Shown here piece after piece: positions 19,366 to 27,512 of a DNA stretch of 34,489 nucleotides. The stretch spans positions 1 to 34,489 of the forward strand of contig JAYSWN010000078.1 in NCBI GenBank assembly GCA_043718025.1, given 5' to 3'. Position 1 is the first letter of the stretch; each line of letters begins with the position of its first letter. The stretch comes from Pseudomonadota bacterium. GTDB taxonomy: Bacteria; Bdellovibrionota; FAC87; UBA2466. Position numbers and translations under genes: made by a program. Under the pieces are notes generated by a model that was given only the letters and a program-made list of their open reading frames with translations, was not told the DNA's origin and did no database searches.

Positions 19366-19908
19366 CTACTTTGTCGGTGCAGGCTCGCGACGGGCGAAAT
19401 CGCGGTAGAGGTAGCTTGGCTGTATGTCACGGTTATCTTGATACTTACTTCGGTACTCATCAAACTGCCCTTTGATCTCGTGATAAAAAATCTGGCAGAT
19501 TTCGACTCCGGCGTAAACCCGGATAGGCTGAAGCACAAAAATTTCGAGTGTCCAAAAGCCACGAAAACCCACGTCGCCAAAGCCCGCGGTGATGTGCACC
19601 GCCATGCCCAAACGGCCAATTGACGAGCGCCCTTCCAGCATCGGAACAAAACCGCGTGTCTCGGTCAGCTCTTGAGTGCGACCCAGGTAGAGTTTTTGTG
19701 GTTCGAGCACCAAGCCTTCTTCAGGAATTTGAAAACGCTTAAGTGCCAACGGCTTCTTCATGTCGAGAATAGGGTCTTCGTACATGGCCAGATCAGGCGA
19801 GAGGCTTAAGTTGTAGCTGTTAGGCCCCACCCGTTTTGCATCGAACGGATCAATGGTGATGCTGCCCTTTTCGACTTCGGCTTGAATCTGTCGTCCCGAA
19901 AGAATCAT
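19366..19908 (-). CDS. dcd: dCTP deaminase
   Basis: MILS, PNSYNL, GRSSIGRLG, AGFGDVGFRG.WTLE, ICQI, KYQ motifs. Confidence 0.95.
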   Translation of the reverse strand: MILSGRQIQAEVEKGSITIDPFDAKRVGPNSYNLSLSPDLAMYEDPILDMKKPLALKRFQIPEEGLVLEPQKLYLGRTQELTETRGFVPMLEGRSSIGRLGMAVHITAGFGDVGFRGFWTLEIFVLQPIRVYAGVEICQIFYHEIKGQFDEYRSKYQDNRDIQPSYLYRDFARREPAPTK

Positions 19909-19952
19909 GCTGTTCTTCTCACCTAGGCCCGCAGCAATAGCAAGAGAAACAG

Positions 19953-19990
19953 AAAAAGGGCCAGCGCGCCGGTGAAGGTGCGCTGGCCCT
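19953..19990 (-). terminator. Intrinsic terminator
   Basis: GGGCCAGCGC...GCGCTGGCCC stem followed by TTTTTC on the minus strand, downstream of 20011..21183. Confidence 0.8.
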
Positions 19991-20010
19991 AGTTTAAACT
20001 GGAGCTTGGC

Positions 20011-21183
20011 TCAATTTTCTCGGCAGTACTGCGGAGAGTTAAGGCTTAAGAATCGAGTGAGCGCTGAGCGATTGAAATACTCCTCAGAACTCAAGAACTT
20101 TACTTCAACGTCGAAGCGAAACTGTCCTTTGGTCATCATCTGGTCCGTCCAATACTGAACGCCCGCCGCTTCGCCAACGCGACCTAAGTACTTGAGGTAC
20201 ATCGCCTGCGCGAATTTGATGCGGGCCTCAAAACTGTTAATAATGTCTAATGCCGTTAATGTGCGGTTGGCCCAGGTGTTCAGCGGACGAGCGTTTACCC
20301 AGTGAGTGATTTCCCATGACTGGATATAATCCGCAGGATTTTGGCTGTTGGGATTGCGACTCAACACCTTGCGGTAAATCTCCCGAATAAAGAGGCGATT
20401 ATTGCGTCTAAGGCGGGTTACGTAGTTAAGATTCGAGCCGTGAAACTCTGCCGTTACCTGCTCAATGCTGGCGCCTTCTTTCAAGCGATTAACAAAGTAA
20501 ATTCCTTCGTTCGGCCTTTGCAGCCGCTCGAGCACCGTACGGAAGAGACCGTCTACGATACGTTCGTAGTTCTCGTTAGACCGCACAATTCGTCGGGCCA
20601 ACTTTTCGCGAGTGGGCATGTCGTCTACGTTGGCGAGCTCTTTAATTGCGGCCACAAAACCGGCCGGGTCGGCCAAGCGTCCCAACACGTCTAAGTAGAG
20701 GGCTTCTACGTACGCAGCTTTGCGAGAAGCCTCATAGCCTAGCAAATCTTGAATTGAGCAGTAGTAGATATTTAGCAGTTCGGGCCGCGGAAAAAAGCGA
20801 ACGTTGGTTGGATTGATAAAAGAGGGAAGTACCGATTCGGGCGGAACTAATTTCTTGAACTTTTCAAAGTCAAAGCCCGTGGGCATCGACAAAGGAGCAA
20901 CTCCGGGAGTTTCGGTAAGGGAACTCAAGCCCTCAAATTGATTTTTCGTAGCGGGTGAGCCCATTCCAATAATGGTATTGGCCTCAGCGCCAATTTTTCC
21001 GGCCGGAGTTTCAGGGCCCTGTTTGAAATTGGTAGACGGCGTTGTGTCCGTTCCAAAATCGGAGGCCTGAACCTTATCTTCTACTTTTGTGTCCTTGCTA
21101 CCAGTTGGCGTTTGGCCGCAATTGGCGAGAGTGAGAAAAGAAAACGCAAGTAGGATCCTAGTAAACGTTCGGTGCTTATTCAT
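20011..21183 (-). CDS. Lipoprotein with four DUF4214-like helical repeats
   Basis: Lipobox LANC; low-complexity linker; repeats of the type (V/I)..LY..VLGR..D..G...W....F..S.E. Confidence 0.72.
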   Translation of the reverse strand: MNKHRTFTRILLAFSFLTLANCGQTPTGSKDTKVEDKVQASDFGTDTTPSTNFKQGPETPAGKIGAEANTIIGMGSPATKNQFEGLSSLTETPGVAPLSMPTGFDFEKFKKLVPPESVLPSFINPTNVRFFPRPELLNIYYCSIQDLLGYEASRKAAYVEALYLDVLGRLADPAGFVAAIKELANVDDMPTREKLARRIVRSNENYERIVDGLFRTVLERLQRPNEGIYFVNRLKEGASIEQVTAEFHGSNLNYVTRLRRNNRLFIREIYRKVLSRNPNSQNPADYIQSWEITHWVNARPLNTWANRTLTALDIINSFEARIKFAQAMYLKYLGRVGEAAGVQYWTDQMMTKGQFRFDVEVKFLSSEEYFNRSALTRFLSLNSPQYCREN

Positions 21184-21223
21184 TGTTGTGTCCCCCAGAA
21201 TGAATCTGTCTAGAGGTATGAGT

Positions 21224-21240
21224 ATGCAAAGGGGATACCC
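21224..21240 (-). promoter_or_regulatory. Sigma54-like -24/-12 element
   Basis: GGGTATCCCCTTTGCAT (GG-N10-GC with TTGCA) about 40 nt upstream of the 21183 start. Confidence 0.5.
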
Positions 21241-21330
21241 ACAGGCGTCAGGCCTGAAGGCAACGGCAAAAAGTTAGTTACTCAGTAAAAGGATTGAGCA
21301 GCTGCTAAAAAGATCTACGAGAAGCGAAGC

Positions 21331-21846
21331 TTATTTCGCGTCGCCGATGGCTTTTCTCACTTCCGCGAAAATTATGTCGACCGAGGCCCCAATCGCCTTA
21401 AATGCCAGTCGGTTATCCCGCCCGATGATGACCACATTGGGGATAAACAGCGGTGGCGCAAAGAAGTACCGGCCAGCGTCTTTGGGGCTGGCGGCGACCA
21501 AAAAGGGAATTTTGTGTCGTTCTTTCCAACTCTTTAAGAACTCAGCCGAGGGTGGCACCCCCTGCATGTCACCCTGGGCGGATAAACTGAAAAAAGTAAC
21601 TGGCTTGTCATCAAACTCGCTCACCCGGCGGGCCAGCTCGCCCATCTCTTTGTTACAGTCAGGGCACCAGCCCGTGCCAAAAACCAGTACGCGCACATTG
21701 CCCACGAACATAGGGTGGCAAACCAACTTCTCGGTCATCGTAAGCCAGCAAAACTCGGGCACATCGTCACCGACTTCAATTACGGCATTAGCTAGCGGCG
21801 AAAAAAGGAGTGCGAGAAACAGAAATATTGCGGCTGAATTCTTCAT
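21331..21846 (-). CDS. TlpA-like thioredoxin-fold protein
   Basis: Signal peptide, VGD.VP.F, WCPDC active site, cis-Pro motif FIP. Confidence 0.82.
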   Translation of the reverse strand: MKNSAAIFLFLALLFSPLANAVIEVGDDVPEFCWLTMTEKLVCHPMFVGNVRVLVFGTGWCPDCNKEMGELARRVSEFDDKPVTFFSLSAQGDMQGVPPSAEFLKSWKERHKIPFLVAASPKDAGRYFFAPPLFIPNVVIIGRDNRLAFKAIGASVDIIFAEVRKAIGDAK

Positions 21847-21953
21847 TTGGTGTCCCCCAACGTAAGTGTGAGCGACGACCCCTTGGGTGACAAGCCCACA
21901 GCGTCAAAGAAGATGTTCAAGCTGGTGCACCAAAAAGAGGATGCGAAGCCGCG

Positions 21954-23147
21954 CTACTGAGTGAGGTCAGGCCGAGGGGCCGAGGGGCTAACATTATAAG
22001 GGGGCAGTTCGGCGGCACGGTAATCAGGCAGTTCCGCAAACGCTTTGGGCCTTAAGAACTTAGCCAATGCCTGGTCAAACCCATCGCGAAACCGCTGTTT
22101 GAATTTTTCTCGGCTAAAATCGCGTGCCCTTGCGATACACGCCGAGGACGAAAAAGGAGGCCCCGCTTCAAACTCCACCATCGCTGCCACCAGCCCTTTG
22201 GCCGTCGCCGACGAAAAGAGAATTCCGGTTTCACCGTCCACCACGGTGTCTAACGCTCCCCCACGCCCATAAGCAATTACCGGGCGACCCATCGCCATCG
22301 CCTCGAGGGGCACAATGCCAAAATCCTCTTCACCCGGAAATAACAAAGCTTTGCAATTTTCATAAGCGCTACGAAGTTGCTCAAACGGCACACGCCCCAA
22401 AAAAGTAACGTTGGGGCCCGCTTTGGTCTTAAGCCTCGCCATTTCAGGCCCTTCGCCAACGATGAGCAAACGGCGATGCAAAATTTGACAAGCCTCAATC
22501 GCCATTTCCACGCGCTTATAGGGCACTAACGCCGACGCCACCAAATAATAATCGTTTGTCGGAATGGCCCCGGTGGGCTTAAACGCGTGCAAGTCTACGA
22601 ACGCCGGAATCACTTCAGCCTCGCGCCGATAGTAAAGGCCAATGCGGCGGGCCACCGAATGTGAGTCGGCGATAAAATGGTCGACCCGCGCGGCGGTGGT
22701 CGAATCCCACATCCTCAGGTAGTGCAAAATCAAAAAGGCAAACGGCTCCCAAGCTTTTTTTGCGAAGTAGTTCGAGTACTGATCCCACGCGTAGCGCATC
22801 GGCGTGTAGACGTAGCTTAGGTGAAACGCATGCGGCGGGGCGATCACCCCTTTGGCTACGCAATGGCTCGACGAAATCACAATGTCGTACTCTTTCAAAT
22901 CCCATCGCTCGACGGCCAGCGGAAACAGAGGCAGCAAAAAGCGGTAAAACCGATGCGCTCCAGGAATGCGATTAAGAAACGAGGCAATGATACGGTGGCG
23001 CTCAATGGTGGGGCAGACGCGGCCCTTGCGATAAAAAAGCGTGTAGATATCGGCATCGGGATAGAGTTCGCACAGAGCCTCTAATACCTTTTCACCGCCA
23101 CGATAGTGCAATAGCCAATCGTGAATGAGGGCGACCTTTTTTTTCAT
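21954..23147 (-). CDS. GT4 family glycosyltransferase
   Basis: HDWL...GGEKV, TPMRYAWD, YKR, EDFGIVPLEAMAMGRPV. Confidence 0.92.
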   Translation of the reverse strand: MKKKVALIHDWLLHYRGGEKVLEALCELYPDADIYTLFYRKGRVCPTIERHRIIASFLNRIPGAHRFYRFLLPLFPLAVERWDLKEYDIVISSSHCVAKGVIAPPHAFHLSYVYTPMRYAWDQYSNYFAKKAWEPFAFLILHYLRMWDSTTAARVDHFIADSHSVARRIGLYYRREAEVIPAFVDLHAFKPTGAIPTNDYYLVASALVPYKRVEMAIEACQILHRRLLIVGEGPEMARLKTKAGPNVTFLGRVPFEQLRSAYENCKALLFPGEEDFGIVPLEAMAMGRPVIAYGRGGALDTVVDGETGILFSSATAKGLVAAMVEFEAGPPFSSSACIARARDFSREKFKQRFRDGFDQALAKFLRPKAFAELPDYRAAELPPYNVSPSAPRPDLTQ

Positions 23148-24568
23148 CAGTAAGCGTTCCTATGGAAAAAACCGCGCATCAAAGTGAGAACCAAAATCTT
23201 GATATCCAAGGCGTGTGACCAATGCCCAATATAGTACAGGTCGTGCTTGATACGCTCTTCAATTGAGGTGTTGCCTCGCCAGCCGTTGATCTGCGCCCAA
23301 CCGGTCATTCCCGACTTCATGCGATGGCGGAGCATGTACTTAGGAACCTCTTTACGAAACTGTTCTACAAACACCGGGCGTTCGGGCCGCGGCCCCACCA
23401 AACTCATTTCACCGCGGAACACATTCCAGAGCTGAGGAAATTCGTCGACGTTCGATTTGCGTAAAAAGCGACCAAACGGCGTCACCCTAGGATCTTCAGG
23501 CCGCGCCCAAACGGCGCCGGTCAGGGTCTCGGCGTTCTGGGCCATGGAACGAAATTTGTGCATTTTAAAAACCTGACCGTCGGCGCCCACCCGCACCTGC
23601 CCGTAAAAAATGGGGCCCTTGGAAGTCAGTTTTACTAATAGCGCAATGAGAGCAAAGAGTGGCGAGAGCAGAATCATCCCCACTAAAGAGCCAATCACAT
23701 CAATCGTGCGTTTCAGAAAGCGATCGCTAGCCCCCGAGGTGGGCTCGTTCACCGCCAAAAGGGGAATACCGCACTCTTCACGCGCCTGATAAGTAAAGGT
23801 GCTATGCCGACCGTAATCAGGAAGCACTTTCACTTCTAATAGCTGATGCGAAAGAGTTTCTAAAACCGGCTCGAGTTTGGTCGACTCTTGATGTGGATAA
23901 GCCACCACCACAACGTCTACCGCGTAGTCTCCCAGCACCCGCAGCAGATCAACCTCGGTGCCCAGATCTTTAACCCGTCCGCGGGCATTGCGCTCGGCAT
24001 AGGCGGTTCCAAGGTACCCCACCCATTCAAACGGATAAGGCCGCACGCTTTCGAGCTGGTTTTGGTAGAGGTCGAGCAATTCACCGCCCCCCATGAGTAG
24101 CACCCGGCGCGGCCGCACAAACCAGGTCTCAAGAGCGTTCCAGAGCAAAAACAGTAGGGCTCGCCCCGTGGTCACCGCGGCGCCAACCATGGCTCCAAAT
24201 AGTAAAAGATAAACGCGAGAGTAATCGAGTTCGTTGCGAAAATAGAGAAGCGCAATAAACACCAAAGTGGCCAAAATGGTGCCCTCCGCCACTTTTTTTA
24301 GTGATCGGAAGCCAAAAACGATGCGATCGCGGCGATAAACTCCCACCACATGGAACACCGCAGAAAACACGATGGCGATGGGAATAGTGAGCCGCGTATA
24401 GGCCTCGAGGTTAGGAATTCCTTTGGGGGCCGCGAACCAGGTCGTCCCGAAACGCATAACCCATACGAGTCTCCAGGCGTAGGCCACCGCCGCGAGATCT
24501 AAGAGCTTAGAAATCGCCACAAAAACAAACTGGGCCTGATTGAAGTCAAGACGCCGCCGAAAAGCCAT
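23147..24568 (-). CDS. Undecaprenyl-phosphate glucose phosphotransferase (WcaJ-like polyprenyl glycosylphosphotransferase)
   Basis: N-terminal TMs, KRTID, KFRSM, DPRVT, DEFPQLWNV, SLVGPRPE, GMTGWAQ; stop overlaps the GT4 start (TGATG). Confidence 0.93.
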   Translation of the reverse strand: MAFRRRLDFNQAQFVFVAISKLLDLAAVAYAWRLVWVMRFGTTWFAAPKGIPNLEAYTRLTIPIAIVFSAVFHVVGVYRRDRIVFGFRSLKKVAEGTILATLVFIALLYFRNELDYSRVYLLLFGAMVGAAVTTGRALLFLLWNALETWFVRPRRVLLMGGGELLDLYQNQLESVRPYPFEWVGYLGTAYAERNARGRVKDLGTEVDLLRVLGDYAVDVVVVAYPHQESTKLEPVLETLSHQLLEVKVLPDYGRHSTFTYQAREECGIPLLAVNEPTSGASDRFLKRTIDVIGSLVGMILLSPLFALIALLVKLTSKGPIFYGQVRVGADGQVFKMHKFRSMAQNAETLTGAVWARPEDPRVTPFGRFLRKSNVDEFPQLWNVFRGEMSLVGPRPERPVFVEQFRKEVPKYMLRHRMKSGMTGWAQINGWRGNTSIEERIKHDLYYIGHWSHALDIKILVLTLMRGFFHRNAY

Positions 24569-24710
24569 CCGGCGAATGTAAACGCGACCCGTCTTCTTTC
24601 CCAGCCTTTTTTTCTTCCATTGATAGAGTCAAAAACTTATAATAATAAGGTACTTACCAATGTGAGTCGTTCACTCCCGCAGTCATTTATAAAAACACCC
24701 GGAGGGGGTT

Positions 24711-24986
24711 GTGACAAAATCCGAATTGATTGAGACTTTGGCGCGCAAAGCCAATCTCACAAAGAAGAAGGCCGAAGAATTAGTTAACACCATTTTCGAC
24801 GCCTTTTTCGTGTCGATGGTAAAGGGCGATCGCATCGAAATACGCGGCTTTGGGTCGTGGTTTGTGAAACAGTACAAATCGTACGTGGGACGCAATCCAA
24901 AGACCGGCGCCGACGTATTCGTGCCGGAAAAAAAATTGCCGTTCTTCAAAGTTGGTAAAGAGCTTAAGAAGCGTATCGACTCGTAA
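24711..24986 (+). CDS. ihfB: Integration host factor beta / HU family DNA-binding protein
   Basis: TKSELI, RIEIRGFGS, GRNPKTG, PFFKVGKELK; GTG start after GGAGGGGG. Confidence 0.88.
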   Translation: MTKSELIETLARKANLTKKKAEELVNTIFDAFFVSMVKGDRIEIRGFGSWFVKQYKSYVGRNPKTGADVFVPEKKLPFFKVGKELKKRIDS

Positions 24987-25021
24987 GGGTTTGTACCCGT
25001 TCATCGTTGGAGCATAAACCC

Positions 25022-25120
25022 GCGCTGGTGCCTTTTGAATTTTCAAATTTGAAAGGACCGATGGCGCGGGACAGGCGCCACTGCTCCTTTCAAATTTGAA
25101 AATTCAAAAGACACCAGCGC
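25022..25120. repeat. Long inverted repeat (36-bp arms, 1 mismatch, 27-nt loop); REP/MITE-like
   Basis: GCGCTGGTGCCTTTTGAATTTTCAAATTTGAAAGGA pairs with TCCTTTCAAATTTGAAAATTCAAAAGACACCAGCGC. Confidence 0.9.
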
Positions 25121-25156
25121 TCGTTGGGAGCTGCAGGCGAAGACTTAGTTTAAAAG

Positions 25157-25189
25157 AAAAAGGGCTCGGCTTACGCCGGGCCCTTTTTT
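25157..25189. terminator. Bidirectional intrinsic terminator
   Basis: AAAAAGGGCTCGGC-TTAC-GCCGGGCCCTTTTTT between convergent ihfB and the PuuD-like gene. Confidence 0.85.
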
Positions 25190-25217
25190 ATTTGTAATAA
25201 GCAGATTGTTCCTTGGC

Positions 25218-25832
25218 TTACGCCGGAACCGTAATTTTGGGGGCGTATTTGTACGCCAACCAGACCACACCACAACCAATGGCAATACAGGCTACCAACG
25301 TAAATCCGTTGATGCTGGGGTAGTTATTGGGAGCGATCATGCCGAAGAGCATCGGCCCCGAAAGGTACGTATTTACCTTTGACATGTGGGCGGCACGTTT
25401 CACAAGCGCGGGCATTTCTGGCGGGCTCTGGGCCGCTTTCACCCAACCCAAGATCTGTTTTTGGGCAGGCCAAATGATAAACCACACGTTGAACCACATA
25501 ATGCTTCCCAGCGTTGAGCCGAAAAGAATCCACATCGCCCGTTGAGTAAATTTGCCTTCGGTGTCGTACCAAAGGTTTCCACCCGAATATTTCACGAAAA
25601 GCAGTGTCCACCCGACGATAAAGGTGACCATTGCTCCCCAACGAAACCACCACAAAGCACGGTGTAGCAGTTGCGGATTCACCGCCGGCTTAAGCTCTTT
25701 AGCCAATTGGGTTTGAAAATTTGCATTCACGAAATTGAAAAAATAGAGATGACCAATCCACGTAATACCCGCAATCACGTGCAGCCACCGCAGAATGAAA
25801 AGTAAATTTGTATATAAATCGTCAAAGGCCAT
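25218..25832 (-). CDS. Urate hydroxylase PuuD-like (Urate_ox_N) membrane protein
   Basis: RWLHVIAGITWIGHLYFFN, ALWWFRW, IMWFNVWFIIWPAQK, NTYLS.P; ATG at 25832 after GGAGGG. Confidence 0.8.
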   Translation of the reverse strand: MAFDDLYTNLLFILRWLHVIAGITWIGHLYFFNFVNANFQTQLAKELKPAVNPQLLHRALWWFRWGAMVTFIVGWTLLFVKYSGGNLWYDTEGKFTQRAMWILFGSTLGSIMWFNVWFIIWPAQKQILGWVKAAQSPPEMPALVKRAAHMSKVNTYLSGPMLFGMIAPNNYPSINGFTLVACIAIGCGVVWLAYKYAPKITVPA

Positions 25833-26116
25833 GAGCCCCTCCACAAGTTTCGATTAGCCCCGCGCGCTGTCAGTGAAACCTACAATTGGTTTCGTCTTGC
25901 TCTACCGCGATGGCGAAAAATAATTGCAGATTCCACCACTTAAAAAAGGGTTAGGCCAGCTATTTCTCAATTGACACAGCGTCACTAAATTAGACGGCGC
26001 AAGTGCCCGAAACCCCTGACCTTCAGGCTTAAGGCCAAAGCCACCGGTTGCTGTAGACTCAAACCGCCTTTTTGGTATTCACCCCGCCCTTGAGTGCACC
26101 AAAAGAATACAAGCTA

Positions 26117-26133
26117 CGGTCCAGCGTATGCAC
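26117..26133 (+). promoter_or_regulatory. Sigma54-like -24/-12 element
   Basis: CGGTCCAGCGTATGCAC (GG-N10-GC); GC ends 15 nt before ATG 26147. Confidence 0.4.
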
Positions 26134-26146
26134 TGTTTTACGATCA

Positions 26147-27157
26147 ATGAGAGGCATCATCGTTCACAACTACCTATTGGCCGTGGGGCTTTTGCTCGTT
26201 CAGCCGCTACACGCTGAAGACGCGTTGAGTGGGGCCGCCGCCATCATCGGCGCCGCAGCTCCGATTGCCGTGGCCGGAATTCAAGCTGGCGCAGACAAAG
26301 CCATCGCCAAACTGAATGCCGCCGCCGAGTTAAAGAAGACCGAAATCAATGCCGATGTGGCGCGCGATACCAATCGTACCAATGCCACCATCGAATTAGA
26401 CCGAACCAAAACCGCCGCCGAAATCAACGCCATCAATCAAGAGGGATTGACCGATCGCCAGGCGATTGTATCGACGGAAAAAATTATTGCCACCCGAGAG
26501 GCCTATGCCACGCAGCGAGAAAAAAATTGGCGCGATTACGAATACAGCATCGCCCGCCTTCTCTCCGACGACAAAGCCCGTGAGCAGCAATTGGCTTTGG
26601 AGAAGCAAGCCCGCGACCTTCAAACTTCGATCGGAATGTTAGCGTCCACCGGATCTAATGGCGGGCTCACTATCAACCGGGTGGAGGCAGTAGCCGACCC
26701 GAGCGCGACCAATTCGCTTGCCGCCGCCGATACGTCGACAACCGCTACCGCCCTTGCCTCGGCAGGCACCCCTGAGCCTCAGCGTGCCAATACCGTTCAG
26801 AGTCGCTTAACCCGCACTTTGGCCGCTACTATCCCTTCAATGGCAGAAAAATTGACCGGCTTCCGCGCCAGTAAAAGAACCTCTTCCGTAGCTTCGCTTC
26901 CCCAGCTCGTGGCCACCGCCGCCCGGGTGGAGAAAAATAACCCGCTAGTCCGCGGGTCGCGCAGCACAAAACTTTTGCCGATTGCACTGGTGGCTGAAGA
27001 GACCCAAATTAAAACGTTGGGCAAAGTAGCTACCTCTCAGCGGGCGGCCTACTCTACTGGCATAGGCCACGGCACGATTGGTCGCCAAAACCAAGCCCCC
27101 CTGTTCGCCAGCGGCGACGGCGGCAGCGAATCAAGTCACGGTCACCACCAACATTGA
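26147..27157 (+). CDS. Hypothetical secreted protein: hydrophobic helix plus coiled coil, low-complexity tail
   Basis: Signal peptide ending LHA-E; module paralogous to the middle of 27513..29957; His-rich C-terminus; ATG 26147 preferred over TTG 26072. Confidence 0.75.
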   Translation: MRGIIVHNYLLAVGLLLVQPLHAEDALSGAAAIIGAAAPIAVAGIQAGADKAIAKLNAAAELKKTEINADVARDTNRTNATIELDRTKTAAEINAINQEGLTDRQAIVSTEKIIATREAYATQREKNWRDYEYSIARLLSDDKAREQQLALEKQARDLQTSIGMLASTGSNGGLTINRVEAVADPSATNSLAAADTSTTATALASAGTPEPQRANTVQSRLTRTLAATIPSMAEKLTGFRASKRTSSVASLPQLVATAARVEKNNPLVRGSRSTKLLPIALVAEETQIKTLGKVATSQRAAYSTGIGHGTIGRQNQAPLFASGDGGSESSHGHHQH

Positions 27158-27400
27158 GCGGTGGCGGGATGCGTATGCAGAAAACATCCGCGCGAATACA
27201 GCTAGTAACTCACTAAAATTAATCATTAATTCCTTAAAACAGCGCAACGACCAAACTCTGGACATAAGAACTTCAATGGTTCTAGGGCGTTACGATTTTG
27301 ACCAAGCAGGGGTGTAAACAATCTGCACTACCCCTTCCCTCGCTGGAGCGAAAACCTAAGGTTTCACGCAGGGTTATAGACAAGCAGTATTCACCAAAGT

Positions 27401-27417
27401 TGGCCGGCCGTGTGCAA
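27401..27417 (+). promoter_or_regulatory. Sigma54-like -24/-12 element
   Basis: TGGCCGGCCGTGTGCAA (TGGC-N8-TGC) in the long intergenic region upstream of 27513. Confidence 0.55.
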
Positions 27418-27512
27418 TTTAAACCAAGTAACAGAACCTTTATTTGCAGCTCTATCGGTACGTGCTCTTCACAGTTCAGACAGCAAAAAATCCTTTGGGG
27501 GATTTGAGTTAA

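Noticed and set aside
21347..21865. 172-aa plus-strand ORF
   Set aside because: Almost entirely antisense to the TlpA-like gene, which has clear motifs; a shadow ORF.
24644..24656. IHF-site-like AATAAGGTACTTA upstream of ihfB
   Set aside because: Two mismatches to WATCAANNNNTTR in AT-rich DNA; could arise by chance.
24987..25190. CRISPR array or tRNA
   Set aside because: The repeats are inverted rather than regularly spaced direct repeats; no cas genes and no cloverleaf.
27158..27512. Short ORFs or an ncRNA in the long intergenic region
   Set aside because: The ORFs lack RBS and motifs, only weak hairpins are present, and I recognised no RNA family.
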